From assembly GCA_002633005.1 (NCBI GenBank), contig NMRA01000504.1, positions 255,388 to 319,387 on the forward strand: DNA of 64,000 nt. Reading direction: 5' to 3'. Source of the stretch: Phoronis australis (lineage: Eukaryota; Animalia; Phoronida). How positions within the stretch are numbered: the first letter of the stretch is position 1; the number at the start of each line of letters is the position of its first letter. The notes beneath the pieces are model-generated. The model did not search any database and was not told the origin of the DNA. It was given only the letters and a program-made list of their open reading frames with translations. Positions 37,525 through 48,805 of this stretch are shown here, one piece after another. Both the position numbers and the translations under genes were made by a program.

Positions 37525-38391
37525 CTGAAAAAGACAAATGATTGTGAGGCTCTAATGTTCTCAAAGATCTGCCTTGGCCATTTGAACCCAAAAATACTCA
37601 AAACGTAAGAGCAAATTAAACATTTAAAATTCAAATTAAACCCAATCTAAATGTTACACATTTATAAAAACAAGTTTGATCTTCAAACAAAAACTCCCTA
37701 AAGCCACATGTCCTTGCCTTCTCTAACAATAATCTCAGAACTTTTCAACTGTGGTCACCGGCAAAGGGTCTGAAACGTTGCCAATCAAATGAGAATAACC
37801 TCAACTTATTTATGGAAAAAATCAAAATTGTGAAAACCTGTAAAATGTCATTTAATTCCAACCCCAATGATGTAAAAGAGCAAATACAAGCTTGGCTTTA
37901 ATATGTGCAGTTGCAATAACAAGGACGATGATTTGCAACCAACTCACAGACCATCGTTTCGATGTATAACATACATCTTCAGGTGCAGTTCAAAGACAGT
38001 CAATGGGCGTAGACTGAGGCAGTACAAGACAAAAATGACATAGAATTTCATGTAAAAGCTAAAAACCAGCCAAATTCATGGCGTAGCTGAAAATGCGACT
38101 GCTACTCTACAGTTACTCTAAGCCTTTAGCCAGAATTAGTCATTTCACATCATTATTGTTGTATAGACATTTGGACAGAAAAGAACCAAGTTCCCTTCGC
38201 TTCAGGGTGCTAGTCCATAAATGCACAGCAGGAATTCGACTGCCATTTGTAAGACCTTGTGCTGGTTGTTCACCTGCAGGGCAACAAGGTTATGCAACAG
38301 TTTCAAGATTTTGTATTGCAAGTGGTCTATTTAGCTGTTATACAGCATAAACAGAAACAATGTCCACACTACTTATTGCCCAGTTACCCAC

Positions 38392-38541
38392 CTGCTTCGT
38401 GTGGAACCTGACGGTAACCTGGCCGTACATGTTCTCTTTAGACATCATGTCCATGGTGCGCACATGCACGGCTCTTGGTGGTTCTATGGACTCTAAAAAC
38501 CTCCAGCGTAACGTCTTGAACTCCAGCCCGAATATCATCTC
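38392..38541 (-). CDS. MRPL45: MRPL45 coding exon 6 (150 nt, Tim44-like domain)
   Basis: aatttcag acceptor and gtgggt donor. Encodes EMIFGLEFKTLRWRFLESIEPPRAVHVRTMDMMSKENMYGQVTVRFHTKQ. Confidence 0.95.
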
Positions 38542-38986
38542 CTGAAATTTGCAATATGACAATCATTTGGCTGAGATTCTGATGTAAGTGGTCATAATCA
38601 AAAGTTAGTGTTTCGAATGTGGCATCGGACTTTAAAGAGGAAACACTTGAGTAAAGAGAAAACACATCTAAAGTTACAGGTTTAAATGTAAAGCTGTAAT
38701 GTTTTTTCAAATGCTGTTTAATGACACTGAGCTGTGCCATATGAACCAGGCTATAAACAAACTTTCTGAAATTTGCTCAAAAATTTGACAAAACAAAATG
38801 TCCATTATTCCATTATACTTTGTCATGAAGAATTTTTACAAAGCGCAAAATCCAAGAGGCCTTCTAATTTAAAGTGAAATCGTGAAAATTCCGAGGTACT
38901 CGTTTTATTGCCAAAAATGGGCGTTCCCCAAACCACATGATGCAGTATTTATTTGCAGAATTTAGCTTAAACAAACAAAAACTTAC

Positions 38987-39041
38987 AGGATATGCTTTTT
39001 CTGTTACCAGATCATGTAGCCGGTCTTCGTTATCTTTGTAA
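38987..39041 (-). CDS. MRPL45: MRPL45 coding exon 5 (55 nt)
   Basis: gctttcag acceptor and gtaagt donor. Encodes (N)YKDNEDRLHDLVTEKAYP; phases are consistent with neighbours. Confidence 0.92.
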
Positions 39042-40468
39042 CTGAAAGCAAAAATGTACCGAGTAATTAAAAGTTACGCTTGGTTCACACCATGCTTAAG
39101 CTACTCATAAAGTACAATGAAAAATGCAACAAGGTTGTTCCGTTACGGCATTCGGGAACAATAGCAATAGTCAACTTCACGTAAGTGAATAAGTTCAGTC
39201 AAGCTTCAACAAAGTGGTAAACTGATTCCATTCAGTCACTCTTCAATGATCTTGTAAGTGTAATCCTGAATTCACCACTCTTCACTTGCAGAGCGAAGAA
39301 ATGCCCTAGCTTTCAAAAATCAGGATCTTTCAAACAGTTCTGAGCCGAGACAGATCAATGAAGAATGTTTTGCCGGGCCTCACTCAGCTTTTAGTTGTGT
39401 TAGCCTGTATCGAAATTCATTGCTCAAAAGTAAAACTTAACTCAGATCAGAATGACAAATGGCTAATTTTGAATATAGAGTGGTGATCAGCACACCAGAA
39501 GTGTACAGCTTTGGGAAAAGTGCCCCACAGATGAGCAACAATGAGGGTAAATATTGCAGAATCACAGAGGGCGCTGCAGTATTCCAGGAAATGGCTATTG
39601 TAGCAAGAGACTTGAAGTAGACTAGGTTAGTTTCATCTCGTATCACAGTTAGCCAATCAACAAATTAAACTGTTTCCAAAAGAGATTGGAAGCAGAGGAT
39701 GGAGAGCTTTAATTTTAGAGATAAGACCAAAGAGTCAAAGTCGGCTCTTGTCAGGAGATGGGCTCATTTTGAAACTTGGGTAGCATTCTGTAGACAGCCA
39801 GAAAAGTGAGATGTACACTGAACGTGCCAAGAGTGGCGTATATGAAGTAATATCCCACGAGACATTATTCTGCGTATCGACAGAGACCGTACGTTGTAGT
39901 CGAAATGCAGAATAATGTCGAGTGGGATATTACTCCATCTACTTCAATCAACATCGTTAGCCAGTTCAATCATCAAACGCGAGTATTTTGCAAGTATACG
40001 CAAGACCTTTCTAATGTATTACATCAAGATGGCAGCCGCTAGAGTGAGTATTTTTCACCGCTAGTGCTGGCTAGTGTCTAGAGTGTACAGAATTCAGTCC
40101 TGTGCCTCATTTCTTAAAAATACAAGCACCCATCCGAAACACTCGCAAGCAATGCCATGGCTTGCCAAGATAGCCACAATCATTTCCTGAATGGCCGTGA
40201 ACAACTAAAAGAATACTGTGTCACGACATCATTTTCAAAATACATTTTGGGAATAATCATAAGTAGTAACAATTTTCAAATAAACGTTGTTTCAAAATAT
40301 AAGCCACAAGATAAAACACCGGGAAATTAAAGAAAACTACATGTTACATAACTATATTGTTCTTCATAACTAACATCACGCTGTACGCAGAAAAATTCTG
40401 TCTCAGGAAATAAAAACTGCAACACCGTCTTACTTAATAAAAGTTTTTGAGGTTGTCAGCTATGATGA

Positions 40469-40752
40469 TAATAATAATGATAATAATAATAATAATAATA
40501 ATAAAATTTATTTATAGAGGATAAAATAAAACAGACGTAAAACATGCCTTAGCCAAAGGCTAATATACAGCATGGTCCTCTACAGCAAAAATTAAATCAA
40601 CAAATTAAGATAGACAAATAGATAAATAAATTAAATTAAGTTACATTAAATTAAACACTATTTACTAATTGGATTTACAGACTGAATTAAAAATAAATAA
40701 ATGAACAAAAGCTTTTAAATGGTAAATACATTGGAACGACAAAAAGGGGGGA
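40469..40752 (-). mobile_element. Short 5'-truncated non-LTR retroelement 3' end with (TTA)n tail and 12-bp TSD
   Basis: cagctatgatga occurs at 40457-40468 and 40753-40764, flanking an insert with a (TAA)n tract at its left end (the tail on the - strand), preceded on the - strand by AATAAA. Confidence 0.7.
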
Positions 40753-40789
40753 CAGCTATGATGACCACAGGTAAATAACGAGTTGGTTC

Positions 40790-40930
40790 TGAAATCATCA
40801 TAACAGTCAGCCTCCTTTAGACTATTTGGCAAGTTGTTCCACTATTGAATGGCCTGAATAAAGAAGGACTTAGAATATAACGAAGTTCTGTGTTTAGGCA
40901 AAACCAAATTGTTTGAGGTATCAATTTTAG
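40790..40930 (-). mobile_element. CR1/L2-group LINE ORF2 C-terminal fragment
   Basis: Minus strand reads SNNLVLPKHRTSLYSKSFFIQAIQ*WNNLPNSLKEA, the RT...SF...WNxLP terminal motif of these LINEs, with an internal stop. Confidence 0.65.
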
Positions 40931-41038
40931 AAAATTGTTAAAATAATAGCAACATTTTACATAGAGAACTAACTAGAACCTATATTGGCGCTTCCTTTCA
41001 CGGTAGTGTTTAAAAGAAACACCACAAACAATTCTTAC

Positions 41039-41190
41039 TTTTGTAAAAGATCATGTGCCTCGACATAGATATCGTGGGCCTGTTGAGCAAATTCACCAAG
41101 GTCAAATTCCTCTTCGTATTTCCTGATTTTCCTCAGCTGCATGAATGATTTTCCCTTCTTTTCAATCCCAGTCAGACGCTGTTTAGCACC
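41039..41190 (-). CDS. MRPL45: MRPL45 coding exon 4 (152 nt)
   Basis: tcttacag acceptor and gtaaga donor. Encodes GAKQRLTGIEKKGKSFMQLRKIRKYEEEFDLGEFAQQAHDIYVEAHDLLQ. Confidence 0.95.
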
Positions 41191-41599
41191 CTGTAAGACA
41201 TCAAGAGTGATGACAGTGAATATCACGAACGCAGTATCAACCAGCTGATACCTATGTCAAGCTCGGGGCTCTGCAAATTACCTTATACTGCCTGCTTGAC
41301 TCAAAGCAAACATCATACAAAATTAAGAAATTGAAATGAGTCTCAACTAATATGAGGATAACAAATTCCTTTAATACGTGGAGGATTGTCATAGGTCCAC
41401 TGCAACAAGTTACAGAGCATTAACATGCAACGTAATACAGCGCAGCTACAAGCTATAGTCATTAACAGTCCTAGAAACAGAACAATGCCAGAAACTTAAA
41501 AATATCCTCTAGAGAGGACTAGGCAAGTCAGAAATGTTCCCCCTCAACAGGAACACTCATTCCACCTTTCATCATGATGCTTCAAGATGTTTGTAGTAT

Positions 41600-43255
41600 A
41601 GGGAAGCAGGACAAAAGGACACAAATACAACAGAAAGGCCACTTGGGGCCACAACAAAGGTCAAATACATCTGAAACACCGTAAGTGGTGTTGTCTACTT
41701 GATAGCAATGTGTTTGCCAACTTCATGAACATCCATCAAGGAACTCCGTAGACATCAATGCAAATGCAAAGAAAAACAAAATTCATTAAGAGAATCCCCA
41801 GTAGTCGGATTTGTCTCAACATCCATGTCAGCTGTGCTCTCCTCAATAGAAGCACATGAGCACTAAATTTCACGAAGATCCATTAAAGAACTTGTGGTGA
41901 TCCACAGGTAGAGAAATAAAATTGATATCAGAGGGCATCACAGCAGATGAACACATTCAAAAATCACCAGCCTAGCAATTCCCAGTAATGCCAGTCTTCC
42001 ATGTGAACCTTTGAGTGATATGGCTAAAAAAATTGCAGAAGCCAAAAAAACAAAACTCAAAAATAATAAAAATGGCCACTGGGTGGCATAAAACGCACCA
42101 AATCTATTCAAAAGTGGAAGGTATTATTGCCTGACTAATAGAAGCCTTTTTGCAATGGTTTATGAAAATATTTCAAGGAACTCCAAAGATACGGGGAAAA
42201 ACTTGAAACATGAACTTATCACAAAGGAGTACAACGGTAATCGCATCCATCTGAAAGTTGTCAGCACCTGTTCCCACACCCCTTGAAATACACCAGTCAA
42301 ATTTAACATAGATCCTGCAAGAGATCTAGGAGATACAGCTGTGGATGAGTAAAAACAAAACTGCCATTGGGGGTGCCACAGTGGTCAGAGCCATCTGAAA
42401 AGCCTCGTCAGCTGTCTTTTACCCAGTTTCCATAATGACCCTTGAAACGATTTGGCAGATGAAGAGACGCCAAAAGAACAGGCTCGCAAATAATGAAAAT
42501 GGCCACTACACGACCCAGAATATGTCCAATCCATTTGATAATATCAATACGCAGTTGTCGTTTCAGTAGATGTCTATTCACCACTGAAATTTCAAGGAAT
42601 ACTGAAGATACAGACTCTGAGGTAAAAGTAAGAAAAAATATAAAACTGCCAATGAGGGACAAAGCACCAGTCGGATCCATCCAAAGTGATCGTTCTTTGA
42701 CTTCGGGTTCACAGGAAAACACTGGCAAAATTTCACAAAAGTCCTGCAAGAGGTTATGAAGATACAGCCAGGAGGCAAACAATGGAATTGCAAATAGGGG
42801 ACGTCACAGCAGTTAGGCTTTTCTGAAAACCATCCTCAGTCATAGTCTCCTCAGCAGGAACACACGAGGTAAGCTTCCTAATGATCTCTCTGAAGCAGTT
42901 TTGCAAACACCAACGGAACAAAAATAACTAAATGACCACTAGGTGATGCAGAATACATAGAATCCATCCCAAAATCAAACACATTGCTGACTCTTTAATA
43001 AAAACCTAGTTGCCAAAATCCATCAACTTGCTCTGAAGATACAGTGACAAACACAAAAAACTAGGGGTCACAGCGGTAGTTGGATCAGTCTGAAAATCAT
43101 TGTTATCTGTCATTATAGAGACATATCAGCCAAATCTCATTAGGAACCTGGCCAGACATTTATGAGACACAGCATCAAAAGCCAGAAAAAGAATGCCAAG
43201 TGAACACACAGAGACGTGGCAACACGCACCCTGTGTATACGTGGGTGCATAAAAA
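41600..43255 (+). mobile_element. Older, diverged HINE-like element with tandem array in MRPL45 intron 3
   Basis: Repeated units (aaaactgcca/aaatggccact, ggatccatc/catctgaaa, gaagatacag) related to those in 24723-27834. It ends with the hairpin gcaccc...gggtgc followed by ataaaaa. The left boundary is approximate. Confidence 0.6.
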
Positions 43256-43594
43256 TGCGATCACAATTACAGGACCTGGAGTGATGACTACCTTAATTCA
43301 GATGGACGTCAAACACCACAGATCATACCATAGTACTAGACATTCAAGGATGGGGGTACAAAAAACATATGAAAAACATTTACAAAGCAAGCATTGTATT
43401 TTTGAAGTCAAATCAATGCTTTTATTCATACCAGATCCCATGCCCTATACAGTAATCTCTCTAACTTCGTACAAAAATGCTTCTCAATTATTAGAGTCTT
43501 CTTAAAAATCTTTTAAATTCCACCAGGAACAAAATACTTTCATGAAATCATCAGAATGTATACTGTGCCCAGGGTAGGTTAATCATAGTTTTAC

Positions 43595-43795
43595 CGTCGT
43601 CGAGATGATGGATTGCTTGCCATCACCCTCAGGTGGGACATATTCCTCGATAATACCACCAGTGCAGCTGATGTTCAGAGCGCGCTCCGTGAAGGTACGT
43701 GGTGGCAAACGGCCCTCTCGCTTCATGTGTGATCTCATCTCATCTGGACTCATTTTCTGCTCCATGCGAAGCTTGTCAAAATCAGGTAGATCAAT
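43595..43795 (-). CDS. MRPL45: MRPL45 coding exon 3 (201 nt)
   Basis: cctttgcag acceptor and gtaaaa donor. Encodes IDLPDF...MRSHMKREGRLPPR...ISCTGGIIEEYVPPEGDGKQSIISTT (YVPPEGD is diagnostic). Confidence 0.95.
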
Positions 43796-45513
43796 CTGCA
43801 AAGGAGAGAATGCATGTTAAACCAGGCATACATTCAGACTGGCTTTTAGAACACTGCGATGCATAAAGGTCAATGTTACCACCTCTAGAGGTCAAAACAT
43901 GTTTTCATACACGATTCCATCATATACATCACGTCTGTCCAGGTTAATAAGTACGTTTCTGGCTAAACACCCACACCATGAATCCTCCAAACGTTCACTA
44001 TAAATACATGTGTTTGGTCATACCTAACCTGAACCCACTTCTATTTGGGTACATGTTTTGACCAAACTCTTAAATAGAGTTGTTGTTATTTAGTGAACCT
44101 TTACAGCTTCATTTCACCTCGTTTACCAGGCTAAAACTGAAAACTGAATTGGACCTTTTACCCTGATAAAATTAGTCATTCCTTCTTGTGTTACCAACAA
44201 GAACGTGGAAGCCATCAAAGATTCAAGAAAACACTTCACAATGTATAGGAGTTGGCCTCCCCTAAATTGTAGATTTGAAAATGGTGCACGTACACATTGC
44301 CTTTGATAAGCCTGGTAATGTTTCAAACCCAAAGCGCTTCAGTTAAGAAATCAACATCGACAGCTAGCTAAACAGGGGTGATTGCACCTATAAATGGAGC
44401 AGAGGTTTTTGTGCTTTGACTAGTATGTAAACACATTAAACTTGTATTGGAATCAAAGACAACAATCCACCCCACCAACTCCATGCTCTTATCATCACTT
44501 CAGTATGCTGATTACTGTCACAGACACACACCAACTAATCGAACTTGTCTTTAAATGACGTCTTGCGTGGCACGGAGGTTGGCTATATTATAGAACACAA
44601 TGATAATGAGTTATCGCTTCGTTCTGAGGTTTGTCTACTATGTAAGCAATTACTCATTATCATTATCATTATCATTATTTAGGGAAGCTTAACCTTGATC
44701 ACGCTCTTATCAAGCACAATGTGAATGTCCATTTACAGAAAATATCCTCATGACTTAGTTATTAGAATGTTTAGTGATGACGTGTCATGGCAGTAGATGA
44801 CGCAATTTGGACAGTCACGGAAATAAGAACAGACATGGCATCACACTAGGTGTCAAAATGATGTCACGCTAAACATTCCTATAATATTGCCAACTCAACG
44901 CCGAAAAAATTTTACTGCTGTAATGACCAACATGATTGCAATTCACTGCATGTCCGGATTAGTTCAGGTAACACCAATGCTTGAGTGGAAAATTTTCAGA
45001 AGTCCATGCTCAACATAAACCCTTTGTGACAGGCTGAGTGTTAACCTACATGACTATGGTATGTTTCAATGATGATGAAGAAGTTAAGCATGTGCGGGGT
45101 TGCAGTCTAAATGACATTTTAGGTGAAGGATGATCCTTCACAAATGCACCAAATTATAGTTAATAAACATTTAGTAATTTTATGGTAAAAAAAATTCACG
45201 CATCAGGTGATATGATTTCCATAATAACAGGAATGTGTTTTTTCCAAAAGACATGATTCTTCATGACGATTCCAGAATTTTCCACAAATATGCCTTTTTT
45301 CGTGCAAAACGTGCAAACTCTGAAGCTTTGTTATGAAATTTCGTCAGGCTACAAACACGCAATGAGGTCAATACAGAAATCTGGGCATTGTTTTCATGCC
45401 ACAAGACTGTGCTCGTCACAAATTTTAAAGATATAATCAGGTTATCCTACAAAACATATTTAAGAAACTCGATCCTTGTTAATAAAGATATCCTATCACC
45501 TTAAAGTCATTAC

Positions 45514-45624
45514 CTTCAATACTTTTGCCTTTCTCTCTTTCTTCCACTTTGGATGCCAGTGTTTGTTGTTTACTCTGGTCCTAGTCTGCATGGTCCATAG
45601 GGCAGGCAGACACTTGTGCACTGT
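45514..45624 (-). CDS. MRPL45: MRPL45 coding exon 2 (111 nt)
   Basis: tattgcag acceptor and gtaatg donor. Encodes TVHKCLPALWTMQTRTRVNNKHWHPKWKKERKAKVLK, with the KHWxPxxKxxR motif of invertebrate mRpL45. Confidence 0.88.
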
Positions 45625-45906
45625 CTGCAATACAGTGAAAATACACGTTTAAAATATATGGTTCCGGTTGTATACATAATTAACCACTTTCTTCAATTTC
45701 AAAAACACAGAGTATAATTCGTATACTTTTTCTGGATTTGAAAGCAGATTAGTGGAGAATACGCTCTACAGGTGGCGCTTCCAGTCATTATCAAGTTGCC
45801 AAATTCTTTTCAGTTATCAGTTTACTGTCTAAGTACCGATACGATTTCCATGATATTCATCGAATAAGTACTATTACCAATGCATTATTTTTATTGCTAT
45901 GCTTTA

Positions 45907-48347
45907 CAGGGCTCGACATAACGAGCTGCAGGTCGCATTTGCGACCTGAAATTTGGAAATGCGAGCTGAGATTCTTGTCAGCTCGTATCAAGTCGCAAAA
46001 TGCGACCTTGAATTTCCAACAAATGCGAGCTGAGTTTTTACAGTTCTCGGCAGATACTTGGCAAATATAAAGCAACTATTGTTAATCCGACCATTACTTG
46101 GTTGTTGCCAAATCCAAGTTCAAAAGACCACTAACGGAGAACAGCCCTCCCAATGACTTTTATGCAAGTCGCGTGACCATGGGATATGCAGAATCGATCT
46201 TTGACACATTTCAATGGCTAACATTTTCGGCCACTTTTGCAAATTTCCGGATTTGCCGAAGAAAGTTTCGGACCACGTAACATTTGATGAAACCTCACAA
46301 AACAGTGGTGTACGTTTCGATTAATTCTTAAGCGATCAACTTATTAAACTTAGTGGTGGACAAATATGTTTGTTTTTCGCTTAAGATGTCCTTATTCCCT
46401 TTACTAAATATCCACGACAATACCCTGATATCGCACTGCGGCACTGGTCGGTCCCGTTGTTAGCGTGCAAGCGGTCCCGGCTAGACAATCGTGACTTAGA
46501 TATGTGCGCCTCGTTTTTATCCCATAAGACAGCCAAAGTGAAAATGACAACCTATTAATCCCCAAACTTTCAGTTGCCAAGAAATTCTCAAACCCCATTA
46601 CTTGTTTCTGGGGTTACGTGTGCGAAATATGATTTGTCTTTCACACGGTTGCAAACGTAAAGTGTAGGCCTATTCCAGCAATTCAAGTGCGTGAACTCAC
46701 GCGTGCGCACCGTTTCAAAGCTGCACATCAAAAGAGAACAGCGGCAGTCCTAAATGAAAGAGTATACCGGCTTGGCTCTGTTAAGCATCCGGGTGCCAAT
46801 GGTTTAGTTGAAAATGAATTCATAGAGTTCCTGCGGTTATAAAAGACCTGATGTTTTACGATATTCCCCGGGACGGATGCAAGCCAGAACTGATATTTTC
46901 CGGTTCCGATGTTTCTCGAGGTCGATGTTCTCTGAACCCTATATTCTATGCCCGTATCCAGCTATTGCAACTAAACAGGTACTAGATGAGAAATTGTGGT
47001 TAGCGAAATTTTTATTTTTCTCTTCATACACCGGCAACTTTTCGCTCCCCGCACCACCGCCGCCGTAAACATGTTCAGACTCCAATAGAAACAATCACGT
47101 TCCAGCTGAAGCGGGCAATTAAAAACAAAATTATTCCGGGTGACTAAAAAGGGTACAGTGTAGGTGGTAAGTAAGTCACCCCTACTAGATGGAGTTTGCC
47201 TCGCAAAATCGTATTATTATAGTGTTTCTTACCATTGTAGTCTTTTAATGTCTTATTACCGCAAACACAAAGGTGAACGACTATGCTAAGGCACAAGCCT
47301 ACTCCCTACCTTTGAAATGTTTCACAATAATGCTCACTGATCTACTAAGCGTTCCCCCTCAACTTTTCCAATTAAGCGCCCACCGTTTAGGCCAGCGCCC
47401 ATCATATCGCACTACAAACGACCGCGCGTGGTTTTTAAAATTGACTCGCAGCCTATATGGTGTGTCACTCTCATTTTACAAAACAAATTCCGTTTTCAAA
47501 AAACGTCTCTTCTCAATATATAAAAACCAAATCCCGGCTTTGTTTTATACCTCCAAAAGAAAGTTAAGACTAGTGACATGCGTGTCGTTTTGTGACTGAC
47601 CTATTTTTCCCGTACCAAGAAGGTATTGAGCAAACTTGCCATTACCAGATGGAAACTCGCACGGATGGAGTCTGGAATTATTTGAAGGCTATTCACTTCA
47701 TGGAAAACTAATTGTTGAGTACGTAAACAGCATAAGTACCACATTTTTGTTGTGAAATTTGCACTGAATTGTTTATTCGGTTAAAGCATCGTTTCACGGA
47801 TTTTTTTGCGACAGACGTTTTTCAAACATGAGTTAAGTTGCAAAATTTGGGCTGCGAACAAAAAGCGGACGAAATTTGCCCTCGGAGTTAGTTTGAATCT
47901 TTAACGACTTTGATGACCGCCAGTAGCAGGTCAGACCTAGCAAAATCCCGGATACTTTTTCAACGGGCGTTTTCTCCCTTTTCAAATCGCACACTTAGCT
48001 ACTCGAATGCACGTGTCAGTTAGAGAGCACTAATTCAACTTTCACGTCGGGAACTTGACTTGTGCTCTACATAGAGACTTTCAATGGCGGTCGTGAAGAA
48101 CAGTAACGCCGTACCTACATGAACGAAGTCACTTTTGGGATCTGAAATTTGTGAGTATTTAACGCCGCAAGAAAGAGCATAATCCAAAGATTTTCTCGAT
48201 GATCTAAAATCAATTTTGGCGCGTAAAATGGCGGGAAAATTTTGCGACCTGGCATTTATGAATGCCAGCTGGATTTTGGAAATGCGACCTGGGATTCTGG
48301 CTAGGTCGCAAAATGCGACCTGGCGATTTTAATAGCGTCGAGCCCTG
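45907..48347 (+). mobile_element. 2441-bp non-autonomous TIR DNA transposon (hAT5-like), copy A
   Basis: 11-bp TIRs cagggctcgac...gtcgagccctg, a 5-bp TSD cttta (45902-45906 and 48348-48352), clustered subterminal caggtcgca/tgcgacct motifs, and no long ORF. Confidence 0.88.
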
Positions 48348-48805
48348 CTTTATACTTCATGGTTCATATTCGCTGATATTTATGTTCCCCCCCCTATATT
48401 GTTTGAGATGACGATCATTTATCTTGCTATCAGTCAACTCAGAACTGAACAAAAGTGCATTGATCAGAAATACCTGTGGGTTACTCTCTTATTTGTTGAG
48501 GCAAAGCCAAAAAGTGACCGGCTAACCGCTTATGATGTCGGTGCTATGCCCACACCCTGGATGTACAAACATGCAACAGGTGACAAGGACTTGGGCTTTC
48601 AATAGAATTGCTCAAAATATGCAGACTTTCCTACGCGCAGCTACCAGCTTTGAGCAACACAGCTAAAATCGAAACAACGAGCGGCCCGGTCACAACATGA
48701 GAACAAATCGGTGCAAAGCTGTATATTTAGTATACTGCTCTGTACCAAGGCTAGCCCACATATAGCCTTGATACAAAGCTGCATATTAAATATATAGCTT
48801 TGTAC

